The notes under the pieces: model-generated | The model's input: the letters and a program-made list of their open reading frames with translations, nothing else | The model's database searches: none | What the model was told of the DNA's origin: nothing | Shown: piece by piece, positions 24,751 to 32,000 of the stretch | Layout: every line of letters begins with the position of its first letter | Position numbering within the stretch: the stretch's first letter is position 1 | Made by a program: the position numbers and the translations under genes | Origin: Sinorhizobium meliloti | GTDB lineage: Bacteria; Pseudomonadota; Alphaproteobacteria; Rhizobiales; Rhizobiaceae | DNA: 32,000 nucleotides | Direction: 5' to 3' | Assembly: GCF_017876815.1 (NCBI RefSeq) | Contig: NZ_JAGIOS010000001.1 | Location: forward strand, 3,300,001 to 3,332,000

Positions 24751-26337
24751 GTGCCTGAAAAGGGACAAACCGCGAGCGGCCCGCTGCTGGCCGTTCGCAA
24801 CCTTACGAAATTGTTCGGCTCGTTCGCGGCCTGCAATGCAATCGATCTGCAGATAGAACCCGGAGAAATCCACGCGCTGCTCGGCGAGAACGGCGCGGGA
24901 AAGTCGACGCTGGTGAAGATGCTGTTCGGCGTGCTCGCGCCGAGCGCCGGCGAGATCATGTGGCAGGGGGCGAATGTCCGCATCGCCAGCCCGAGCGACG
25001 CCCGCCGGCTCGGCATCGGCATGGTCTTCCAGCATTTCTCCCTGTTCGAGGCCCTGACGGTCGCCGAGAACATCGCCCTTTCCATGGACCGGGCCGTTTC
25101 GCTCGCCCGCGTCGCCGAGGAGGCGTCACGGCTGTCGCGCATCTATGGCCTGCCGCTCGATCCGAAGGCACATGTCGCCGATCTCTCCGTCGGCGAAAGG
25201 CAGCGGATCGAAATCGTCCGGGCTCTCCTGCAGAACCCGCAGCTCATCATTCTCGACGAACCGACTTCGGTGCTGACGCCGCAGGAAGCGGACCGCCTTT
25301 TCGAGACGCTGCAGAAACTGCGATCGGAGGGGCGTTCCGTCCTTTATATCAGCCATCGTCTCGAGGAAGTGCAGCGCATCTGCGACCGCGCGACGGTGCT
25401 GAGACACGGTAAGGTAACCGGCGCCTGCGATCCGCGCGCGGAAACGCCCGCCTCTTTGGCAAGAATGATGGTCGGCAGCGATGTCGCGGTCGTCACACCG
25501 GAGGGCACGAGCACCAGAGGCGACGTGCAATTGGAGGCGCGGCATCTTACGGTCGCGGCGCGCACGCCCTTTGCGGTCTCGCTGAAGGACATCTGCCTGA
25601 AGGTCAGGGCGGGCGAGGTACTGGCGATCGCGGGAGTGGCCGGCAACGGGCAGAGCGAGCTTTTCGACGCGCTTTCGGGCGAATATCCGTTGGCCGACGA
25701 CGATGCCATCCAGATCCGCCAGCGGCCGGTCGGGACCAGGAACATCAATGCGCGCCGTCTGATGGGCGCCGGATTCGTGCCGGAGGAACGCCATGGGCAC
25801 GCCGCGGTCTCGGCGCTGTCGCTCTCCGACAACCTTGTGCTCGCGCGCAGCCAATCGGATCGCCGGGCTTTCCTCGGCGGCGGCGCACTGAAGATCATCC
25901 GCCACGGCGCCGTCAAGGCGGCGACGAAGCGGATTGCCGAGGCGATGGACGTGCGCAAGAGCGGCGAGGACCCGCCGGCCGGTTCGCTGTCGGGCGGCAA
26001 TCTGCAGAAATTCATCGTCGGACGGGAACTCGACCGGCAGCCGGCCGTGCTCGTCGTCAACCAGCCGACCTGGGGCGTGGACGCCGGGGCGGCGAGCCGC
26101 ATACGCCAGGCCCTCGTGGATCTCGCAAAGGCCGGTTCCGCCGTGCTGGTGATCAGCCAGGACCTCGACGAGATATTCGAGGTGGCGACGGAGATCGCAG
26201 TGATCAGCGACGGGCGTCTTTCCGATCCCTATCCTGCCCGCGAACTTTCGCGCGAAAAGATCGGCCTCCTGATGGGCGGCATGCATGGCCAGGCGCAAGG
26301 CCAGGCCGAAGGCGAGGGAGCGGCGCATGCGCATTGA
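24751..26337 (+). CDS. ABC transporter ATP-binding protein with duplicated ATPase domains (BMP/nucleoside-sugar type)
   Basis: Walker A GENGAGKST, LSVGERQRIEI, a second domain GVAGNGQSE, and LSGGNLQKF. The start is uncertain (GTG 24751 proposed; track TTG 24682). Confidence 0.85.
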   Translation: MPEKGQTASGPLLAVRNLTKLFGSFAACNAIDLQIEPGEIHALLGENGAGKSTLVKMLFGVLAPSAGEIMWQGANVRIASPSDARRLGIGMVFQHFSLFEALTVAENIALSMDRAVSLARVAEEASRLSRIYGLPLDPKAHVADLSVGERQRIEIVRALLQNPQLIILDEPTSVLTPQEADRLFETLQKLRSEGRSVLYISHRLEEVQRICDRATVLRHGKVTGACDPRAETPASLARMMVGSDVAVVTPEGTSTRGDVQLEARHLTVAARTPFAVSLKDICLKVRAGEVLAIAGVAGNGQSELFDALSGEYPLADDDAIQIRQRPVGTRNINARRLMGAGFVPEERHGHAAVSALSLSDNLVLARSQSDRRAFLGGGALKIIRHGAVKAATKRIAEAMDVRKSGEDPPAGSLSGGNLQKFIVGRELDRQPAVLVVNQPTWGVDAGAASRIRQALVDLAKAGSAVLVISQDLDEIFEVATEIAVISDGRLSDPYPARELSREKIGLLMGGMHGQAQGQAEGEGAAHAH

Positions 26338-27421
26338 ACTCGAAAAGCGCGCGAAGGCCTCGACGCTGTTTTCCATCCTTTCGCCGTTCATCGCATTTGC
26401 GCTGACCATCGTCTTCGGCGGCGTGATGTTCGCACTTCTCGGCAAGAATCCGGTAACCGCGCTCTACAGCTTTTTCGTGGAGCCGCTGAGCGAGGTCTGG
26501 TCGCTGCACGAACTCGCGATCAAGGCGGCGCCGCTGATCCTGATCGGCGTCGGGCTCTCCGTCTGCTTCCGCTCCAACAACTGGAACATCGGCGCAGAGG
26601 GTCAGTTCATCATGGGCGCAATCGCCGGCTCGGCCCTGCCGGTACTCTTCTACGATTGGCAGTCACCGTTGATATTGCCGCTGATGATGCTTCTCGGCAT
26701 GCTTGGCGGAGCGCTCTTCGCGGCGATACCGGCCTTCCTGAAGGCGCATATGAATACGAACGAGATATTGACGAGCCTGATGCTGGTCTATGTGGCCCAG
26801 CTCTTTCTCGACTGGCTCGTACGTGGCCCTTGGCGCAACCCGCAGGGCATGAACTTCCCGGAAACGCGAACGTTCGGCGCGGATGCGATCCTTCCCGAAA
26901 TGCTCGCCTCGGGGCGTACGCATTGGGGTTTTGCCTTCGCGATCATCGCGGCGGTGCTGGTGTGGTTCATGATGCGCTATACGTTGAAGGGCTTCGAAAT
27001 CACCGTTCTCGGCCAGTCCGAGCGGGCAGGGCGCTTTGCCGGCTTTTCCTCGCGCAGGATGATCTGGTTCTCGATGCTGTTTTCCGGCGCGCTGGCGGGG
27101 CTCGCCGGTATTTCGGAAGTGAGCGGCGCCATGCAGCAGCTGCGTCCGGTGATCTCGCCCGGTTACGGATTCACGGCTATCATCGTCGCGTTCCTCGGCC
27201 GGCTCAATCCGCTCGGAATCGTGGCCGCCGGTCTCGTCCTGGCGTTGACTTATCTCGGCGGCGAGGCCGCGCAGCTTTCGATCGGCGTATCCGAAAAGGT
27301 GACGCGCGTCTTCCAGGGGCTGCTGCTGTTCTTCGTGCTGTCTTGCGACGCGCTCATTCACTACCGCATCCGGCTGGTGTGGGACCGCTTCGCAGCGGTC
27401 AGGACGGAGGAGGCGCACTGA
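26327..27421 (+). CDS. ABC transporter permease (BMP-family system)
   Basis: The ATG overlaps the ATPase 3' end. It is a multi-TM protein with a GAEGQF-type motif. Confidence 0.85.
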   Translation: MRIELEKRAKASTLFSILSPFIAFALTIVFGGVMFALLGKNPVTALYSFFVEPLSEVWSLHELAIKAAPLILIGVGLSVCFRSNNWNIGAEGQFIMGAIAGSALPVLFYDWQSPLILPLMMLLGMLGGALFAAIPAFLKAHMNTNEILTSLMLVYVAQLFLDWLVRGPWRNPQGMNFPETRTFGADAILPEMLASGRTHWGFAFAIIAAVLVWFMMRYTLKGFEITVLGQSERAGRFAGFSSRRMIWFSMLFSGALAGLAGISEVSGAMQQLRPVISPGYGFTAIIVAFLGRLNPLGIVAAGLVLALTYLGGEAAQLSIGVSEKVTRVFQGLLLFFVLSCDALIHYRIRLVWDRFAAVRTEEAH

Positions 27422-28341
27422 TGGGCATAGTCGAAGCAATCCTCTTCAGCGTCATCACGGCTGCGACGCCGCTGGTCCTCGCCGCCCTGGGCGAACTCGT
27501 CGCCGAGCGGTCCGGCGTGCTCAATCTCGGCGTCGAAGGCATGATGATCATGGGAGCTGTCTGCGCCTTCGCGGCGACGCAGCTCAGCGGCTCGCCCTAT
27601 GTCGGAATTCTTGCCGGCATTGCTGCCGGCGCCGTGTTTTCGCTGCTGTTCGGCTTCCTGACGCTGACGCTTGTTGCCAACCAGGTAGCGACCGGCCTGG
27701 CGCTGACTCTCCTCGGGCTCGGCGTTTCCGGGATGCTCGGAGAAAGTTTCCTCGGCATGCAGGGGATCAAGCTGCAGCCGATCGCGATCCCGCTCCTGTC
27801 GAAGATACCCGTGGTCGGACCGCTTTTGTTTCGGCAGGACGCCATATTCTATGCGTCGGTCGCGATCGTGGTGGGCGTCCATCTGTTTCTGTTCAGGAGC
27901 CGTGCGGGATTGAAGTTGCGGGCGGTGGGCGACAGCCACGCCTCGGCCCACGCCCTCGGCGTGAACGTCATTCTCACCCGCTACCTGGCCGTTCTTTTCG
28001 GCGGCGCCTGCGCCGGACTTGCCGGCGCGCAACTGTCGCTCGTCTACACGCCTCAATGGGTGGAGAACATGTCGGCCGGCCGGGGCTGGATCGCGCTGGC
28101 ATTGGTGGTTTTCGCCTCGTGGCGGCCCTGGCGAGTCGTCGCCGGAGGATATCTCTTCGGAGCCGTATCGATCAGTCAGCTTCATGCCCAGGCCTTCGGC
28201 ATCGGCATTCCCTCGCAGTTTCTCACTGCGCTTCCCTATCTCGCGACGATTGTCGTACTCATTCTCATATCGCATAACCGGCGCATGACCCTGATCAACA
28301 CGCCGGCATCGCTCGGCAAGCCGTTTGTGCCGGACCGGTGA
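27421..28341 (+). CDS. ABC transporter permease (second subunit)
   Basis: TGATG overlap with the previous gene. The sequence includes MGIVEAILFSVITAATPLVLAALGELVAERSGVLNLGVEGMM. The upstream part of the 561-aa track ORF is a shadow frame. Confidence 0.85.
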   Translation: MGIVEAILFSVITAATPLVLAALGELVAERSGVLNLGVEGMMIMGAVCAFAATQLSGSPYVGILAGIAAGAVFSLLFGFLTLTLVANQVATGLALTLLGLGVSGMLGESFLGMQGIKLQPIAIPLLSKIPVVGPLLFRQDAIFYASVAIVVGVHLFLFRSRAGLKLRAVGDSHASAHALGVNVILTRYLAVLFGGACAGLAGAQLSLVYTPQWVENMSAGRGWIALALVVFASWRPWRVVAGGYLFGAVSISQLHAQAFGIGIPSQFLTALPYLATIVVLILISHNRRMTLINTPASLGKPFVPDR

Positions 28342-28387
28342 AGAACAACAGCCAGACGGACATTTCTCAAACCGACAGAGGTCAAAA

Positions 28388-29458
28388 ATGAAAAAACTAC
28401 TCGTCGCCCTCGCAACCACCGTCGCCGTGCTCGGCATCGCGCCGGCCGCAAGCGCTCAGGAAAAGGCAAAGATCTGCTTCATCTATGTCGGCTCGAAGAC
28501 AGACGGCGGCTGGACCCAGGCCCACGACATCGGCCGCCAGGAGCTAGAAAAGGAACTCGCCGACAAGATCGAAACGCAGTTCCTGGAAAACGTGCCGGAA
28601 GGTCCGGACGCCGAACGCGCGATCGAGCGCCTGGCGCGTTCCGGCTGCGGCCTGATCTTCACCACCTCCTTCGGCTTCATGGATGCAACGATCAAGATCG
28701 CGGGCAAATTCCCGGATGTGAAGTTCGAGCACGCGACCGGCTACAAGACCGCGCCGAACGTCGCCACCTATAACAGCCGTTTTTACGAAGGCCGTTACAT
28801 CCAGGGCCAGATCGCCGCGAAAATGTCCGAAAAGGGCGTTGCCGGCTATATCGCCTCCTTCCCGATTCCCGAGGTGGTGATGGGCATCAACGCCTTCGTC
28901 ATCGGTGCCCGGGCGGTCAATCCGGATTTCAAGATCAAGGTCGTATGGGCGAACACCTGGTTCGATCCGGGCAAGGAAGCGGACGCCGCCAAGGCGCTCA
29001 TCGATCAGGGTGTCGATATCATCACGCAGCATACCGACACGACCGCGCCGATGCAGGTCGCCGCCGAGCGCGGTATCAAGGCCTTCGGTCAGGCATCCGA
29101 CATGATTGCCGCCGGCCCGCAGACGCAATTGACTGCGATCGTCGATACCTGGGGCGCCTATTACGTGAAGCGCACCAAGGCCTTCCTCGATGGAACGTGG
29201 TCGACGACTTCGAGCTGGGATGGTCTGAAGGACGGCATCCTGACCATGGCGCGCTACACGAACATGCCTGATGACGTGAAGGCGATGGCGGAAGCGACGG
29301 AGGCGAAAATCAAATCCGGCGAGCTGAAGCCGTTTACCGGTCCGCTCAACAAGCAGGACGGCAGCCCGTGGCTGAAAGAGGGCGAAACTGCCGACGACGC
29401 GACGCTGCTCGGCATGAACTTCTATGTCGAAGGCGTCGACGACAAGCTGCCGCAATAG
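28388..29458 (+). CDS. BMP-family (Med/PnrA-like) ABC substrate-binding protein
   Basis: Signal peptide MKKLLVALATTVAVLGIAPAASA. The sequence also has ...ICFIYVGSKTDGGWTQAHD... and ...GYIASFPIPEVVMGINAF.... Confidence 0.85.
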   Translation: MKKLLVALATTVAVLGIAPAASAQEKAKICFIYVGSKTDGGWTQAHDIGRQELEKELADKIETQFLENVPEGPDAERAIERLARSGCGLIFTTSFGFMDATIKIAGKFPDVKFEHATGYKTAPNVATYNSRFYEGRYIQGQIAAKMSEKGVAGYIASFPIPEVVMGINAFVIGARAVNPDFKIKVVWANTWFDPGKEADAAKALIDQGVDIITQHTDTTAPMQVAAERGIKAFGQASDMIAAGPQTQLTAIVDTWGAYYVKRTKAFLDGTWSTTSSWDGLKDGILTMARYTNMPDDVKAMAEATEAKIKSGELKPFTGPLNKQDGSPWLKEGETADDATLLGMNFYVEGVDDKLPQ

Positions 29459-29480
29459 TCGAACGTCCGAAACACGGCAA

Positions 29481-29505
29481 CCCCGCGCCTCGCGCGCGGG
29501 GTTTT
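29481..29505 (+). terminator. rho-independent terminator of the ABC operon
   Basis: CCCCGCGC-N5-GCGCGGGG followed by TTTT. Confidence 0.75.
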
Positions 29506-29630
29506 CTATAGTCCGACCCGGCCTACCTGCAGCTCTCTGCAGGCCTTTCAGGAATCGTCTATTCGATCTAGTGTTGATCGTCGCCGGCAAGAATCACGCT
29601 GACGATGAGGAGTTTCCTGGGGAGGATTGG

Positions 29631-30380
29631 TTGAAGAGCGTGCTTGAGACCGTGATATCCGGCACGCCGAAGCGGACGAGCCATGCACAGGTCGTGGATC
29701 AGCTCGGCAAGGCGATCGTTTCGGGCGAGTTCCCGGTCGGCAGCATTCTCCCCGGAGATCCTGAATTGGCGCTGCGTTTCCGCGTCTCGCGGACGGTACT
29801 GCGCGAAGCGATGAAGACGCTTGCCGCCAAGGGCATGATCGTACCGCGCGCCCGGATCGGCACACGCGTCACGCCCCGCAAGGAGTGGAACCTCTTCGAC
29901 AGCGACATTCTCACCTGGCACTTCGCCTGCGGCGTCGACGAGGATTTTCTCTATCATCTGAGCGAGGTGCGGCTGGCCTTCGAGACGCATGCCGCGGCAC
30001 TGGCCGCAAGAAACGCATCGGACGCGGAAATCGCGGGGATGATGCGGCTCGCCGTCGCCATGGGCGAGGCGAGTCACACCCCCGAGAGTCTCGCCGTAGC
30101 GGACCTCAAGTTTCATCTCTCCGTCATCGAAGCGTCCGGCAATCCCTTTCTGCGTACCGTCGGCGGCTTGATCGAGGCAGCCCTTGTGGGCGTCTTCAAG
30201 CTCAGTTCGCCGACCGCCGAGAAAGGCGGTATCGACGAGGTTGCGCGCAACCATATCCGCATCGTCGAGGCGATCGGCAAAAGGGACGAGGCGGCTGCAC
30301 GCCTGGCGATGGAGCACGTGATCAAGGTGGGGCGTGCGCGTATCCGTCAGGCGCTGAGCGGAGGCAAGGCGAAGGCTTGA
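29631..30380 (+). CDS. GntR-family transcriptional regulator, FadR (FCD) subfamily
   Basis: The TTG start follows GGGGAGGA. It has a wHTH (LPGDPELALRFRVSRTVLREAMKTLAAKGMIV) and an all-helical FCD C-terminal domain. Confidence 0.8.
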   Translation: MKSVLETVISGTPKRTSHAQVVDQLGKAIVSGEFPVGSILPGDPELALRFRVSRTVLREAMKTLAAKGMIVPRARIGTRVTPRKEWNLFDSDILTWHFACGVDEDFLYHLSEVRLAFETHAAALAARNASDAEIAGMMRLAVAMGEASHTPESLAVADLKFHLSVIEASGNPFLRTVGGLIEAALVGVFKLSSPTAEKGGIDEVARNHIRIVEAIGKRDEAAARLAMEHVIKVGRARIRQALSGGKAKA

Positions 30381-30512
30381 CCGGAACCTCGTCGCGCACC
30401 TTAGCTCCTGCCGTGAAATCCTGCAGGTGACCTTGCCCGAACTTGCGGCTTAGCCTATCTGGGATGGGGGCAGTCGCGAGGCCGCCCCTTTTTCAACGGT
30501 GAACCGGAGACT

Positions 30513-31805
30513 ATGTTCGAGCTTCTTGTCATTTTCCTTCTGCTTTTGATCAACGCTTTCTTCGCGTTGTCGGAAATGGCAATCGTCTCGGCAAGCAAAC
30601 CGCTGCTTCGTCAGATGGTGAAGCAGGGCAACCGGCGCGCGGAGGCCGCGCTCAAGCTCGCCGAGGACCCGGGCAAGTTCCTGTCGACGGTACAGGTCGG
30701 CATCACCCTTGTCGGCATCCTCGCCGGCGCCTATGGCGGCGCGACGATCGCTGCCAAGATTGCGCCGTTCCTGAACGACATCGGCTGGATCAGCCCTTAC
30801 GGCGACACGATCGCGGTCGCACTGGTCGTCACGCTGATTACATTTCTGTCGGTGGTCATCGGCGAGCTCATCCCCAAGCAGCTGGCGCTCCGAAATCCCG
30901 AAGGGCTGGCCATGTTCGTCGCCGGTCCGATGGCGCTGCTTTCGCGTATCGTGGCGCCGGTCGTCTATATTTTCGAAACGGCGGCCTCTATCGCGATGCG
31001 GCTCATGGGCATGAGGCCGGAAGATTCCGATCGGGTCACCGAAGAGGAAGTGCAGGCCATCATGGCGGAAGGCGTCGAAAGCGGCGCCATCGAGAAGAGC
31101 GAGCACGAGATGCTGCGGCGAATCATCCGCCTCGGCGACCGCAACGTCAAATCGATCATGACACACCGTACAGAGGTGAGTTTCATCGACGTTCACGACA
31201 GCCTGGAGACGATCGGGCAGAAGATCCGGCAGTTCGGCCACTCGCGTTATCCGGTGATCGACGGCCCGTCGGGTGATGTCATTGGCGCGGTCCTTGCCAA
31301 GGAGATATTGAATGTTGCGCCGGCCGCGCCTTTCAACATCCGCGATTATGTCCGCGAAATTCTTACCCTGCCGGAGACGGCCTCCTGTCTGAAGGCGCTC
31401 GAAGCCTTCAAGTCGTCCAGTATCAATATGGCGATGATCGTCGACGAGTACGGGAGCACGGAGGGGATCATCACCACCGCCGACATCCTTGAGGCGATCG
31501 TCGGCGTCATCCCTTCGAATTATGATAATTCGGAGCACGCCCTCATTCGCCAGCGCGACGATGGCAGCTATCTCGTAGACGGACGGACGCCGATCGATGA
31601 AATCCACCTCCAGATCGGCATCGATGGAATCGACGCGGACGGCGATTTCGAAACCATAGCCGGCTTCCTGGTGCAGCAGTTGCGCAAGACTCCGGAGGAG
31701 GGCGACACCGCCGAGGCGCACGGCTATCGCTTCGAGGTGATCGACATGGACGGCCGACGCATCGACAAGATCCTCGTCAGCCGGGCCGGTGAGGCACTCT
31801 CATGA
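30513..31805 (+). CDS. CNNM/DUF21-CBS-CorC_HlyC protein (TlyC-type 'hemolysin' family, putative divalent-cation efflux)
   Basis: An N-terminal DUF21 TM domain (INAFFALSEMAIVSA) is followed by a CBS pair and a C-terminal transporter-associated domain. Confidence 0.85.
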   Translation: MFELLVIFLLLLINAFFALSEMAIVSASKPLLRQMVKQGNRRAEAALKLAEDPGKFLSTVQVGITLVGILAGAYGGATIAAKIAPFLNDIGWISPYGDTIAVALVVTLITFLSVVIGELIPKQLALRNPEGLAMFVAGPMALLSRIVAPVVYIFETAASIAMRLMGMRPEDSDRVTEEEVQAIMAEGVESGAIEKSEHEMLRRIIRLGDRNVKSIMTHRTEVSFIDVHDSLETIGQKIRQFGHSRYPVIDGPSGDVIGAVLAKEILNVAPAAPFNIRDYVREILTLPETASCLKALEAFKSSSINMAMIVDEYGSTEGIITTADILEAIVGVIPSNYDNSEHALIRQRDDGSYLVDGRTPIDEIHLQIGIDGIDADGDFETIAGFLVQQLRKTPEEGDTAEAHGYRFEVIDMDGRRIDKILVSRAGEALS

Positions 31806-31830
31806 CGCGGGTTTCCGCGACATTCCGCCT

Positions 31831-31893
31831 CTCAACTCATCAGAATCGATCACATTCATGATTTCAGGTCGATCCGACCTAAAATCACCGTGA
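31831..31893. repeat. intergenic palindromic element, inverted copy of the 14217-14275 element
   Basis: It contains the near-perfect palindrome GATTTCAGGTCGATCCGACCTAAAATC (31860-31886). Its reverse complement aligns with ...GATCTCAGGTCGGGTCGACCAAGATCATGAACATGATC...GGTTGAG at 14224-14275. Confidence 0.65.
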
Positions 31894-32000
31894 TCCGCCT
31901 GGAAGTAGTCCAGGATGGATGCGCGCAGGCGATGCAGATGGCAGCGAAGGCGGAGAATCGTAACGGACGCGGGAGACTCTGGAGGAGAGCGGCGTGGGGC

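Noticed and set aside
1-32000. Search for CRISPR arrays, rRNA, IS elements/transposases, integrases, and known defence or toxin-antitoxin systems.
   Set aside because: I saw no regularly spaced direct repeats, no rRNA-like sequence, and no ORF with recombinase, transposase, nuclease or defence-type motifs. The only repeats are short intergenic palindromes.

Overview
High-GC alphaproteobacterial chromosomal DNA. The gene content (phosphatidylcholine synthase pcs, ccdA, Omp25/Omp31-type porin, DUF1236 proteins, RIME-like intergenic palindromes) points to Rhizobiaceae, probably Sinorhizobium/Ensifer; this is an inference. The window has three parts. (1) 1-11.3 kb is a plus-strand catabolic region: a transketolase-subunit tail, an SDR, a sugar-phosphate isomerase/epimerase, a fused TRAP DctQM permease with DctP, and a second SDR. 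These are followed by a stop/start-overlapping module of IclR regulator, SCP-x-type thiolase, acyl-CoA synthetase, SDR and a tandem PPC/DUF296-like protein. (2) 11.3-19.3 kb is an accessory-looking stretch ending at a tRNA-Lys(UUU) gene. It holds an outer-membrane beta-barrel protein, a GlxA/AraC regulator and many very small genes on the minus strand. Four exact GGAAC-N16-CGTT (EcfG/RpoE2 general-stress sigma) promoter motifs each sit 26-34 nt upstream of a small envelope-protein ORF, one of which is a 24-aa hydrophobic micro-ORF absent from the ORF track. The stretch also contains two paralogous ~145-nt terminator-ended non-coding elements (candidate sRNAs), a His/Arg/Tyr-rich secreted-protein gene interrupted by TAG at codon 3, and a lower-GC islet of micro-ORFs beside the tRNA. 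(3) 19.3-32 kb is housekeeping: ccdA, an AEC transporter, a UbiH-family monooxygenase, pcs, quinone oxidoreductase, a BMP-family ABC transporter operon, a FadR/GntR regulator and a CNNM/TlyC-type protein. I saw no CRISPR array, rRNA, transposase, integrase or recognisable defence system. The most interesting signals are the EcfG promoter cluster and the sRNA-like pair. All functional calls rest on motif recognition by eye, not on database searches.
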